Shown: positions 26,850 to 39,992 of the stretch, in pieces
Layout: every line of letters begins with the position of its first letter
Position numbering within the stretch: position 1 is the first letter of the stretch
Assembly (NCBI GenBank): GCA_951406725.2
Contig: OX597815.1
Span: forward strand, 204,104,001-204,168,000
Length of the DNA stretch: 64,000 nucleotides
Source: Octopus vulgaris
Taxonomy: Eukaryota
Direction: 5' to 3'
Notes under the pieces: generated by a model
Seen by the model: the letters and a program-made list of their open reading frames with translations, nothing else
Databases searched by the model: none
What the model was told of the DNA's origin: nothing
Program-made: the position numbers and the translations under genes

Positions 26850-27245
26850 ACAGATTTTCTATTGAATTTAAAGCCTGCTCTGACAGCCACAACGTTTACA
26901 TAGATGAATACGTCCATGTAAACAATGTGATCGAAGATAGAAAAATAGGTAATGGCTGTATATGCATATCTCTGGAGTTATTGTCCCTTCTTCTGCACCA
27001 CATCTAACTCATTAATTATCCACGAATATATTGCTTAAATAGCATTTGCGACTATTTCAGCAATTTATTTGTGGATAGATAATGTATTCGTGTCTGTGAT
27101 TAATGGGTTTAATATAGTGCTGAAGAAAGATCAATGACTTTTTTTGAAATATAAATATACACCCATCACCTATTTTTCTATCCGTATTCGTATACGAAAC
27201 TTTGTAACTTTCAGTACTGGCTCTAAATTCTGTAGAAGACTGTCG
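26850..27245. repeat. Degenerate fold-back inverted repeat
   Basis: GATAGAAAAATAGGTAATGGCTGTATAT (~26937) vs ATATACACCCATCACCTATTTTTCTATC (~27156), with weaker complementarity extending both ways. Confidence 0.6.
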
Positions 27246-27621
27246 AGATAACCTTAAAAATGAAAACAGCACTCTGCTAATATAAAAAGCAGGACTCTGT
27301 ATTAACTTATAAGCCTTTAATATACTTGGTAGTATATTATGATTACAAAATGAAATACGGTGTCCCTACCAGCAATTAAAGTGCAAATACTATAGATAAT
27401 GCCATTAGGTAAAATCAAAATTCAGTGATTTTGCTTTATCATATTCTCAGACGTGGCTGTTTGATAAGAGGTAATGGAGTTGATTCATTCAACTAAACAT
27501 TCTTTATGGTGGTGTCTCAGCAAAGCCGCGGTCAGATGACGGGAGCAAGTAAAAGAAAAAATAAATTAGTTAGCATTATTAAATCTCAGAACGAGATATA
27601 AACAGTAACCGCTCGACAATG

Positions 27622-28012
27622 TAAAGTATAAAAGCCATCTCAATATGGCTAGCCACAAGGGGGCGGGGGTTACTGTAGCTTTTTAGCCCCAGGAGATCAT
27701 CGTCTCCAGCTGGGTTTAGACACACTTTCTGTGCCCTTAAAGTATTTGCAAAGGGAGGCCATCCATTTCTCGTAAGCCTGCGTGATGACCTGGTGATTAC
27801 CGCCCGTTGATAAGAGACAATAATCTCGAAACCAGTCCGGTGCGTATCACTCAGGCTTACGAGAAAGGGATGGCCTCCCATTGCAAATACTTTAAGGGCA
27901 CAGAAAATGTGTCTAAAGCCAGCTGGAGACGATGATCTCCTGGGGCTAAAATGCTACAGTAACACCCCCTCCTCTTTGTGGTTAGCCATATTGAGATGGC
28001 TTTTATACTTTA
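27622..28012. mobile_element. Fold-back element (~165-bp arms, ~59-bp spacer) sharing its arm tips with the Helitron interior
   Basis: 27622-27786 is the reverse complement of 27846-28012 with few mismatches. Confidence 0.85.
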
Positions 28013-28362
28013 AATTAGTTAGATTTGCACAAAAATTGCTTTGTTGGGGATATATTGAAATTGAATAATTATGCATTAAGCAGTGATCATTTTCTGCTAT
28101 ATCTGTAGTATTTCGCAAGTTAAATACCATAGGAAACAGTGCAAAGATACGAGTAAAAGGAAACCGGGAATTGTACGTAAGCATCATTGCTGCTCTACAT
28201 TGCTCCCTTTTACAATTTTGAAATCATTGTGAACTGGGTACTGACGAAATACACACGCACGCTCCCATATACTCTCATACGCACATGCACATAAACATAT
28301 ATGCGTGCACACATGCAAACAATAACACTACGTACGAATACATGTACTGATATGTATATATA

Positions 28363-28526
28363 GCGCAGGTGTGGCTGTGTGGTAAGCAGCTTGTTTACCA
28401 ACCACATAGTTCCGGGTTCAGTCCCACTGCGTGGCATCTTGGGCAAGTGTCTTCTACTATAGCCTCGGGCCGACCAAAGCCTTGTGAGTTGATTTGGTAG
28501 ACGGAAACTGAAAGAAGCCCGTCGTA

Positions 28527-28578
<52 letters not shown>

Positions 28579-28798
28579 TGTGTGTGTTTGTGTATCTGTG
28601 TTTGTCCCCCTACCGTTGCTTGACAACCGATGCTGGTGTGTTTATGTCCCCGTCACTTAGCGGTTCAGCAAAAGAGACCGATAGAATAAGTACTGGGCTT
28701 GCAAAAGAATAAGTCTCGGGGTCGAGTTGCTCGATTAAAGGCGGTGCTCCAGCATGGCCGCAGTCAAATGACTGAAACAAGTAAAAGAGTAAAGAGTA
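28363..28798 (+). mobile_element. SINE family A, full length
   Basis: Match to the family consensus. Confidence 0.92.
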
Positions 28799-29554
28799 TA
28801 AGGAACAGCTTTGCTTTCAAATATGTTATCCTGAAGACGCTGTGTTCGAGACTATTTCGTATTTTTTAGTTTGTAAATTACATTAACACTTCATGATACT
28901 TTTGACCATATTTTAGATGAAATGTAATGAGTAACTCGTGGTTGATGCGTTTCGTACTAGGCATCAAAGAATTATGAGAATGACCTTGAAACATTAAATC
29001 TTCCTTCGCCGACATTGAACTGCGCAAAGTTAGTTCCTGATTCCTTTCCTGGTCTCTTTCATGAGTGCTGTGTCTCCTCTCTACACTGATACGTTATTGA
29101 TTTTAGCCGATAAACTTTGTGTATTAGAAGCAACAAAAAGCTGCCTCATACAGCATCTGAAAGAATGTTAAGCTCTACAATAATGGAAAGAGTTGTATTC
29201 TTTGCACTGCAGAGAAAATATTCATTCTTAAAATCCAGTATAACCATGATCTTCCTTTGAACTTGATGTCAAAACACACTTTAAGAATCATGTAGTCTAA
29301 CTGTTCTACGCCATCTTTACTTGACTAACTTTACAAAAATACATAAACTAATGAGTATATTAGTACATGTACATGGCCCTTGTATTTTACTTCACTTATT
29401 TTACATTCTCTCATTTTCTTAATTTACAGTTTCGTTGTTCTTTCTCCTTTTCTTTTATTCTCTTCCTTTCAATACACTTTACTTTCCTTATATCAAACTA
29501 ATTCTTCTTTTATGTCTCGCACAAATTCTGAATTATAACCATTATAGTATAAGG

Positions 29555-29770
29555 CAAGATGGCAGAATCGTTAGAATATCGTATAAAATGGTTAGCTGTA
29601 TTTCTTCCGGGTCTTTACGTTCTGAATTGAAATCCAGCAGAAATCAATATTGCAATATATCCCTTCAAGGTCGATAAAATAAAGTACTAGTAAAATAAAG
29701 TACTAGTAAAATAAAGTAGTGGGTACGATGAAATAGGATTATCATTCCCACCCCCGAAATTGCTAGCTTT
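29555..29770 (+). mobile_element. Old SINE-B-related copy
   Basis: TGGCAGAATCGTTAGA...TACGTTCTGAATTGAAATCC...GGTCGATAAAATAAAGTAC. Confidence 0.6.
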
Positions 29771-29935
29771 GAACCCTGCAACGGAACGACGGTGTCCCGG
29801 TCAGAAGTGTTGTGACGTCAGTCATTTATACACCTTACAATCCAAGTGACCAGACTTATGAGTACCAGGGCTCAAGAAAACACACACTTATATAGTAGTA
29901 TATTGATATCCTCATATATCCAATATGTATAATAT

Positions 29936-30019
<84 letters not shown>

Positions 30020-30321
30020 GTATCTTATCTATGTATCTATGTATGTATGTGTGTATATGTATATATATATATGTCGTGAAATGCTCGAAATACGGATTAG
30101 AAAAACAGCCAACAACTGATGAAGGGTCGTTCTTTATGTTGGGTGTTTTGTTTTCCATTTGTTTCCTTCGTTGTTCGCAAAAAACTTCATATTCCATGCA
30201 TTCGTATTTCGTATTCCAAATTTTCGTATTTTTTTGTTTATGTTATGTGACGTCGTGTGCCCACATATGCATATGTATATACGTATATATGTAAGTACGT
30301 ATATATGCACACACACACACG

Positions 30322-30400
<79 letters not shown>

Positions 30401-30433
30401 AATCAAAATAAGCAACTGGATATCAAGAGGTGA

Positions 30434-30519
30434 TGCAGTACGACCGTTTCAAGCGGCTCCGTCTAACGGAACAATGCAATCATTACATCAATTTAAATGC
30501 AAGGCTATCCTCAGCTGCA
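30434..30519 (-). ncRNA. Type I hammerhead ribozyme, intact core
   Basis: TGCAG-CTGAGGA-t-AGC...GCT-t-GAAAC-GGTC-GTA-CTGCA: 5-bp stem I, full core, GUA cleavage triplet. Confidence 0.8.
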
Positions 30520-30622
30520 TAAATAAATAGAATTTTTAATCAGTTGGACACATTAATATAAGTTTTATTCAAATTCTCTAATTATATTAATGTGCCAACT
30601 GATTAAAACCTCTATTTATTTA

Positions 30623-30708
30623 TGCAGCTGAGGATAGCCCTGCATTTAAATTGATTTAATGATTACATTGTTCAGTTAAATGGAGCCGCTTGAAACGGTC
30701 GTACTGCA
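30623..30708 (+). ncRNA. Type I hammerhead ribozyme, intact core
   Basis: TGCAG(30623-27) CTGAGGA(30628-34) ... GAAAC(30692-96) GGTC GTA(30701-03) CTGCA(30704-08). Confidence 0.8.
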
Positions 30709-30817
30709 GCACTTGTTGCTTATTTTGATTTTATTCACCTTACTTTGAGTTGTGCGGATAATACCGCACTGACTTGGTGCCTCATCTTAAGTACCCAATT
30801 CAAATGAATCTCACCTG

Positions 30818-30873
<56 letters not shown>

Positions 30874-30874
<1 letters not shown>

Positions 30875-31241
30875 TAGCAGTATTGCCCGGCGTTGCTCAG
30901 GTTTGTAAGGGAAATAACTATAAAGCATTTTTAGAGAGTTATAGCCAAAAAATAGCCAAAAAATGGAAAAAAAATGGTAAATTTTTTTTTGAGATTAAAA
31001 AAAGGTGGAGTTGCGTCCCCTAGATAGTTTGTGGTTTGTGTTTCTGCTTCTCGACCCCATGTCGAATTTATCGATATTTTTTTCAGAACTGGGGGAACTT
31101 TTCAAAATTTTCGCTGCGTTAGTTTTGAATTATGACATTGGGCTATGTGTGTGTCAAGTTTCATCAGAATCGGTTGAAAGCCGTGGTCAGGGTGAGGGTA
31201 CAAGCAAACAGACACACAGAAACACGCACAGACAAACTGCC

Positions 31242-31250
<9 letters not shown>
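30874..31250 (-). mobile_element. Non-autonomous Helitron variant (shared 3' end, different 5' half)
   Basis: Same hairpin and CTAG terminus (plus ~75 bp) as the other copies; the remainder (CAAGTTTCATCAGAATCGG...CAGACA repeats) is unrelated. Confidence 0.75.
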
Positions 31251-31300
<50 letters not shown>

Positions 31301-31340
31301 ATATACATATATGGAATTTATACACACAACACACACATGC

Positions 31341-31384
<44 letters not shown>

Positions 31385-34300
31385 ATGTATGTGTGTGTGC
31401 GTGTGTGCATGTGTATGTATGTATAATCGCTGGAATTTTATTGCTAGGTTATTAAACTTTTTCTTGAAATTCTATCCCATTTGCGCAACATAACTTTCCT
31501 TGTCTTCATGATATGTTTCTATAACCTTTTTTTCCTGTAGGTTCACATTTCACTACCTTTCTCTCATATATTTTCAAGTATCTATGTTAACCAATACAGC
31601 ATTTTCTCTATTCCTGTACAATATTTTTTTCTTTCTAACATATTTACTTTTTGTATTTAAACCAATTATTTTGCACGCACGTATCTTATCTTTTACATTT
31701 TTCTTATAACTCTTCGTCTGCAATTTTATTTCTTTTATATTGTTTATATATACTTTTCATATTCTTTTATAATTCTTTTAGGAGTTGACGGCTATATTTT
31801 TTATGGTTGTATAAGATTCTCTATTAGTAACGATTTTTGTCCTGCGCCAGTTTAATCTTTTTTTTTTTTTAGACAGAGATTTTAATTAGCATTCTTTATT
31901 TAAAAAGACGCTTACAGCAAGTTCTAAATTTGGCTTGATTGGAATCTTGATTGGTGTTATATCGTCTACTCATACGTTGCAAAGTGGAAGATAACGAATC
32001 GAGTTTCTTGCAAGGTTGCTATTTTGGATACATTCTTTCAGTGAGTGAGGTCATGCCAATAATCTCTCATCCTATATTTCTGACCCGATGCCTGATAAAG
32101 TTCGAGGCATTGATTTAGGTATATTCTAAATATTTCTGTTATCCTTAGAGTTTCAACCTAAAGATAAGTGCTGGAACAGTACTAATATATCAATGTTCGG
32201 AGATATTTTAAATCCTTTATTTTGTGCTTGAGTAATACATTTCTGTATTCTTTATTTAAATCCTTTTACTCTTTTTACTTGCCAATATACAGAAGTGAAA
32301 ATAATCGAGATAGCGGATAGAATTGTTTGAACGAGTAAGCAATATAAACATAGAATATTTATTTGGGATTATAATTTTGATCATATAATAAAGAGAAAGT
32401 ATCTACTTTCACTCATGACTTGCTATACTCTTTTTTGATCATCGTGCTACGTTATACACCATTATGCTATTGTTCGTTCACGATGCTACACAATGAACCG
32501 TTATACTATCTTTTGTTTAGTATGCTACGTTACACACCGTTACGCTAATTTTTTCACCATTCTACGTTATATAGCGTTATACTATATTTCATCCTTCATC
32601 CATCGTTATATTACGAACATTACCAAGCATGGATATTTCACTAAAGTTGTCACATCTTTCCTTCTTGTTGCAATCGTAATCTTCAGCATTTTCCGAACAT
32701 TGGACGATAAAAGACAATAATCACAAAATAATTACTCTAATATATTATTTGTTTTCTTTTTATATCGGTACATTTTGAAATATGTGTAGATATTGGTTTA
32801 TACTCGATTGATTTACAGTCAAGCAGATGTAAATAAATTCAATGTTAGTAAGAATTGAGGTGGAACAAAATCACTGTTTAGGTATTTGTTTAGTCACTCT
32901 ACCTTCTAGTGGATAAAACTGGGCTACTAATGTTTCGGATGTAGCAGTGGTAATTCTCAAAGCTATGCTAACAAGATAATGTTGTAATGTGATCGATATC
33001 TACTGTTAAGCTGGTGGAATGAGGTCAGATAGGGTAGCGTCAGAATCAAAATATCATACAGAGTATTTTAATTCATGTCCATTGTAAGTTCAAACTCTGC
33101 TGCGGTTGACTTTGAATCTCAGTGTTAAAAACAAGCAGAATGTGTAAACGCCCGTGATAATACTTTTAATAGCAGTAATTATAACGAAAGCAAAACCTTA
33201 CAACGACAAAACCAGCAATGTGGAAATCGACCGCACCAAAAAGAGAAAAGTCATTTGCAAGCGCTTAATGTGCACAAATACGTTTAGAACTCAAAATTGT
33301 TGCGTAAAAAATGCAAGCGTTACAGTCAAAGGTCAACAAAGAGTACGGAATATTCCTCCCATAAGACTATGACTTGTAAATGTTGCTAGAGACGCTTTTA
33401 TGATATTATCAAATGCATGAGGACGGAGGTGTCTATTTCGGATTAATTAAAATATGCGACTGTGCATTCGGATTGGTCCAAACGCTGATTCAATGTCTGT
33501 GGATCGTTGAACATTTGTAATTGGAGTTAGAAGGACTTTCGATAGCAAATGAATATATTATGAATGGAAGTTTGTCTCTGGGTAAGAACTATGAAGAAAT
33601 AAATAGCATACTGATCGAGGCTAAAAGAGTAGGATTGCGTTTGCCACACAAGTAAGCAATTAAGAGGTCGCTTTGGCTGGTGGACGTTTATATTCAGTAG
33701 AGCCAAGACGACAGCTACAAACATTCCGAAGGACTTAACACTCTTTCTTTGTGGAAAAGGCTTGAATGGTAGATATAGCATGCTGAGTTTGTATGAAAAT
33801 AACGGATGAGAGAGGATATTTGAAAAGCCTCATAAACCAAATCTAAGTGCTTGACAAGTATTTAATGAATTTCTCAAACACGCCCATGTAGAATTGGATG
33901 CAATTTATGCAAGTACAGAGTATTCATTGGGTTAGTGGATAGGGTAGAAAAGTGTCGGGTGTTTACATTTCAGGGAGTTGTCTAAACATACCATAAATTT
34001 GTGATCACTAAGGTCAGCTTTGATAGGAATTTTAGGCAGATATCAAATTACTGGAAGCCGAACGCGTCGTTTCCGGTGCAGAGAGCGCAAAGTGACTGAA
34101 TTAATGGTAAGTTAAGAGAGAATTGATCAAATCATTTATGAGTGATGCGTGTTTATTACACGGAAAACATAGATTGGAGTCGTTCAGAATTCGCAAAGAA
34201 CTTCGTTAAAGCACATTAAATTTGAGAGAGTTATAATATAGAGGAGCATTTTCATTGAATTAGTAACGCGAGGCATTGTCTCCAAAGGCAAACCATGAAT

Positions 34301-35949
34301 TCATTCGAAAACCATTTCTAAATGGAATAATAATGTAATAAGTTGTGTTCAGTGTATGTTAATTAAAGCGCTAACGATCAGTTTAAATTGATTAGAGTCA
34401 GACATGACCATTTTTTCACCGGAAAGGTTATAATGTTGATTAAACATTGAATAAAACATATACCGAGCAAAGATGAGAGGTTTGTCGATTCAGGATAACA
34501 CTTACAGTACAATAGTTCAGGCTGCCATGTGTAGCTGCCATTTGGATGAAACATTTTTCTGTAACTTTTTCGTTATGAATTGCAATCCTAAGCCAGTGAG
34601 GCAAGGTTGGGCGCTTGGTATTCGAATCTTGCATGGCGCTGCATATTTTGTGCCAGTTGAATAATGAAAGCTTTTTTTTTCCTACAGTATCTTAACATAA
34701 TAAATATGTCCCCAAATCATTATTTAAAAATGGCCGAATTTTTAAAAAAAAGAGAGACTCAAAAAGACAATGGAACAGATATATTCAAGCATAAAAGTTT
34801 TGCAATTGTACAAATGAAGACACTAAAAAAATGTATAGTGTTTCAGACATTTATTTGAATGAGGAAATATATGAACAGCAACAACGCCAACATCGAGAAA
34901 AGAAATTTCTCTTCTGAAAGATTTACAGGTCTCAAAGAGGCCTTTGGCAGAAGCCCAGTAAATAAATGATCATGGGCAAAATATGTCACAAAGGAGTATT
35001 TTATCGCCCAATGAAATAAGTGGAAATGGTATAAGTTCTGGTATTTCTGAGGAGCTAAAGTCATAACACCATTACGGCAAGGTCAACAAGCAACTCGAAA
35101 CGTGTCATCTTCATCTAAATCTATTCGGTCCACTGCTTGTCTGTCTTCCTTCGGTGACTTATACTGTGTCCACTCCTCTAAAACGTTCCTCTTTAACACC
35201 TTCCCTCTACAAGTTACTCTCTTCTTTTGTTGTTTTCTTTTCCTCCTGCAATAGTGGAAAGTTTTGCTCAACAGTAGCATCAACCTAGCCAAATACATCC
35301 GTCTTGTAAAAGATGTTCGTGGAATTGGCTCAGCCTTTTCTTTTAGACCAAGCAATGAATCAGCAAAGATATACCAATCAAATACTGCAATGAGTCTGAT
35401 CGATCATATTCTCCTGGTTTTGAGGTATACTGTGTGGTTGTAACATTCTACGTCTTAAAGGGATTTTCCTTGGACGAAATACCACAGCTTAAAAGAGCTT
35501 AAACAAAACGCATACATTAATTATGCTACATTATCAGGCACACACACACACGTACGTACCCATGTATGTATGTATTTATATATGTATCGAGTATGTGAGT
35601 ATGTATCAAGAATTTATGGAAAAAGGTGTTTGATGCCGAAAGTATGCTGTTGTACTTATATTCGCTAAAGATGACATTTCATATTTCGTGGACCAAAGTT
35701 TTAGGTCACTGATTTTCAAATACTATATGATAATTGGCAGAAAAATTCAATATTTTATACATAAAGTTAAACTAGGACGAGATCGATTTTGTTTGATTGC
35801 TATAGCATTTTTGTAAAGCTATATATAGTAACTATGAAAGATAAACTATCGGAAAAATAAATACTGTTCAAGAATTATTTATATATTTATGTGTTGTTAT
35901 AAAAACTGACCTAACTACATATATATTATACGAAGGTGTATGAGCAAGA

Positions 35950-37160
35950 ATAGAGTGACCCGAGAATATTACATCAGACTTAGAAAGATATGGCCGTCAG
36001 AACGCTCCTTAAACAAAAAACAATAACCCACAATGTATTTTCAGCACCAGTGCTGATATCAACATCTGAGGTGCTTGAGTGGTCTGAAGAGAAAATCCAA
36101 TTCCTAGACGTTAAATTCCGTAAGATCCTTACGCCAACATTTCCATGGAAACACTGATATCGACAGCCTCTACCTAAGAAGAGATGAAGGAGGAAGAGGC
36201 TTAAGATCAATGGAAGCATCCTTCAAATGTCGTACTCAGATAGGACCCACTGATCAACCGCAGTAAAAGTAAATATATAAACTTTGTGTTGTAAAGCGAA
36301 GAGAAAGAGTACTTTCTTCCTTATGACCTCCCATACAATCCCAAAACAGCTGGACTGTTTGGGGATTTTTGAATCAAAGAATATGAAAAGATCAGCATAT
36401 CAAAAGATGACTATGCAGATGTGTTATCCGACGAATTTGGGATGATATTAATATCGACATGAAATACAGCATATCTTGGAATCGTACCCGGTATATCACA
36501 TCACACTTTGAAGGCTTTACACTCACAATCCAAGAGCAGAAGATTGCTACAAAATCCGAATGAGCAAAAGAAACAATGAATCCCTTGGAACCCCAAGACA
36601 CAACTGAAAATATCGATTATGTTACATTTCTGTGTCATCAAGTATCGTCTGCCAATGTATCATGCCGTTGTTGCAAAAACATTATACAATGCTATCCGGA
36701 AAACAAAATTGTCTTGAGATAAGCATAGAGAATCTCTCTGTTATTGAACGCGCACGTAAACATCAACACACGATGTATTGGTGGAACAAGCCTATCAAAA
36801 CACCTACCAGCTGCAAACATAACAGGTTGAATATAGTTGTTTGGCACAGACAAGAAAATATATGTACCATCATAAAGGTCAACTGACTTGCTGTGCTGAA
36901 TAACTCTACGAAAATCAAGGAGAAAGAGGATAATTACGGACAACAACTTCGAAACCTTCAGGTTCTATACTTAGTCTATAAATTCACATTAATACCAATT
37001 ATAAATCGGTGCACCTGGTTACGCTATTACGTGCCTAAGTGAAAAATCTAGTAAATTCAGAAAAAGAAATCAACCAGATAACACGCACTTTACAAACACA
37101 ATGTGTAACCAGGACAATAAAAAATGGACAAAACGTTTATCAAGTTCAAGATGTGACATT
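35950..37160 (+). mobile_element. Decayed R4/Dong-like (restriction-like endonuclease) non-LTR retrotransposon, 3' portion
   Basis: FHGNTDIDSLYLRRDEGGRGLRSMEA (~36140-36220); SHFEGFTLTIQEQKIATK (~36500); WWNKPIKTPTSCKHNRLNIVVW (cf. HNRPDIVV of RLE domains); many frameshifts. Confidence 0.8.
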
Positions 37161-37278
37161 CCTTGGGGTGTTTGTTCGAAGCCAACACCTTCCCTACCGG
37201 AAGAATTAAAATAATTGAAAGTAGTCAAGAACGCACGCACACACATACAAGATATGCATTATACGCATGGAAGTAAAT

Positions 37279-37324
<46 letters not shown>

Positions 37325-37661
37325 ACACGCACATATACATACACACATACATGTGTGCACATACAAACCTGTATGCATACGTACCTACTGTACTTTCATA
37401 TTATATACATACAAACATACATACACACGTATTTCTATATTTGTTGGTGCGTGTGTCTATACACCAAGCAGATTGCTTATGAAGTCACAATACAGCATCA
37501 GAATAAAGGAGCAAAAACGGCGCCAACTTTTTTCTTTTATAAATACATGGCCTAAACATGAAAGAATGTCAAGAATTTACCTTCTGAAGCAAATCTAAAT
37601 ACAAAACCATACACACATACATGTGCACACAGATACAAATGCATTCCCCAAGGACATAGAA

Positions 37662-37704
<43 letters not shown>

Positions 37705-37943
37705 AATGTGTGTGTGTGTGTGTGTACGCACACTCACACATACACATGCATATATACATGTATATAAATATTTTTACATTATCACGCGCATACACGTATG
37801 AATATATTACAATCAAGCGTTACGTAAATCTCTATAACACTCTTACGGCTCGCGCGTCCACACATACATCCGCACACGTACGCACATTACAAATATACAT
37901 ACACGCACACACACACATATACGCATACACATGTATACATATA

Positions 37944-38726
37944 GGCGGCGAGCTGGCAGACACGTTAGCGCGCCGTGCGAAATGCTTTGCGGTATTTCGT
38001 CTGAGGTTACGTTCTGAGTTCAAATTCCGCCGAGGTCGACTTTGCCTTTCATCCTTTCAGGGTGGATAAATAAAGTACCAGTTTCGCACTGGGGTCGATG
38101 TAATCTACTTAATCCCTTTGTCTGTCCTTGTTTGTCCCCTCTATGTTTAGCCCCTTGTGGGTAATAAAGAAATAGGTATTTCGTCTGACGTTACGTTCTG
38201 AGTTCAAATTCCGCCGAGGTCGACTTTGCCTTTCATCCTTTCAGGGTCGATAAATAAAGTACCAGTTTCGCACTGGGGTCGATGTAATCTACTTAATCCC
38301 TTTGTCTGTCCTTGTTTGTCCCCTCTATGTTTAGCCCCTTGTGGGTAATAAAGAAATAGGTATTTCGTCTGACGTTACGTTCTGAGTTCAAATTCCGCCG
38401 AGGTCGACTTTGCCTTTCATCCTTTCAGGGTCGATAAATAAAGTACCAGTTTTGCACTGGGGTCGATGTAATCTACTTAATCCCTTTGTCTGTCCTTGTT
38501 TGTCCCCTCTATGTTTAGCCCCTTGTGGGTAATAAAGAAATAGGTATTTCGTCTGACGTTACGTTCTGAGTTCAAATTCCGCCGAGGTCGATTTTGCCTT
38601 TCATCCTTTCAGGGTCGATAAATAAAGTACCAGTTTTGCACTGGGGTCGATGTAATCTACTTAATCCCTTTGTCTGTCCTTGTTTGTCCCCTCTATGTTT
38701 AACCCCTTGTGGGTAGTAGAGAAATA
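37944..38726 (+). mobile_element. SINE family B with its body tandemly repeated 4 times (184-bp period)
   Basis: GGTATTTCGTCTGA at 37991, 38175, 38359 and 38543; a single head at 37944. Confidence 0.93.
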
Positions 38727-39257
38727 TATATATATGCATATGCATATACATATACATATACACTGCACACACATACATCCATACATATATACATACATAT
38801 ACGCCAATTAAATATACACCAGGAAGATTTAAGATATTACTTAACAAAACATTTGATATTTTTATGCTCGAAAATTGAATCAGTTTTTTTTTTATTCTTT
38901 TGCTTCATTAACCGTCTATCCATCCCCACCTCTCACGTTTTCTCTATCTCCACCATTATGCGCAAACACATAGACCCAAAAGTACACGTACACACTTGCT
39001 TATACGCTGCACCCGCTCACAATCACACATATGTCTGTGATTTTGTCAGTGTTTTGATGGCCGTACATGCAAAGTGTTGTAATCTTTCTCAATCTCTCAT
39101 GTTTCTCTTCAATTTTCCTCTCCCTTGTAATATAGATCGTTCAATTGTGCACCATTTCTCACTAATTTGACCACTGTACTCGATCAACCTAACAAGACAT
39201 CACACTCCCTCGCATCCATTCTGCCAGCACACTCAATTTCTATTCTTCACCAATTTC

Positions 39258-39992
39258 ATCTTTTCTTCTTCTTCTTCTTTTTCTTCTTCTTCTTCTTCTT
39301 CTCCTTCTTCCTCTTCTTCTTCGTCTTCTTCTTCTTCTTCTTCTTCTTCTTCTTCTTCTTCTTCTTCTTCTTCTTCTTCTCCTTCTTCTCCTTGTTCTCC
39401 TTCTTCGTTTTTTGTTCTTCTTCTTCTTCTCCTTCTTCTTCTCCTTCTTCGTTTTTTGTTCTTCTTCTTCTTCTCCTTCTTCTTCTCCTTCTTCTTCTTC
39501 TTCTTCTTCTTCTCTTCTTCTTCTTCTTCTCTTTCTTCTCCTTGTTCTCCTTCTTCTTCGTTTTTGTTCTTCTTCTTCTCCTTCTTCTTCTCCTTCTTCT
39601 TCTCGTTCTTCTTCTTCATTTTCCCCTTCTTCTGCTTCTTCTCCTCCTTCTTCTCCTTCTTCTTCTTCTTCTTCTTCGTTTTCTTCTTCTTCTCCTCCTT
39701 CTTCTCCTTCTTCTTCTTCTTCTTCTTCTTCGTTTTCTTCTTCTTCTTCTTCTTCTTCTCCTCTCCTCCTCCTTCTCTTCTTCTCCTTCTTCTCTTCTCT
39801 TTCTTCCTTTTCTTCATTTTCCACTTTTTCTTTTTCTTCTCTTTCTAGTTCTTTTCTTATTCTCTTTGTATTTCTTTTCTTCTTTTTTCTTCTTTGTTTT
39901 CTTCTTCGTCTCTTCTACTCCTACTACCTTTTCTCCTCTTTTCTTCTTTTTCGTTTTCTTCTTCGTCTACTACTACTACTACTACTACTACT
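39258..39992. repeat. (CTT)n-based polypyrimidine tract (~700 bp) ending in (TAC)n
   Basis: Direct reading; explains the poly-F/L/S/E/K/R ORFs. Confidence 0.95.

Larger units (their letters stand above)
30397..30734. mobile_element. Fold-back element of two head-to-head hammerhead-bearing arms (probably inverted PLE pLTRs)
   Basis: Arms 30397-30561 and 30582-30734 are reverse complements around a 20-bp spacer; flanked by (GA)n and (TA)n. Confidence 0.8.

Noticed and set aside
26930-27185. RKIGNG/RKIGDG peptides as a Helitron Pif1 helicase motif
   Set aside because: They arise from the two arms of an inverted repeat; no other helicase motifs nearby
35090-35390. Possible RTE 3' relic on the minus strand
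   Set aside because: Only faint resemblance; cannot be supported by eye
37991-38726. Regular repeats as a possible CRISPR array (also 2975-3547)
   Set aside because: Units are contiguous SINE pieces without unique spacers; eukaryotic context and no cas genes
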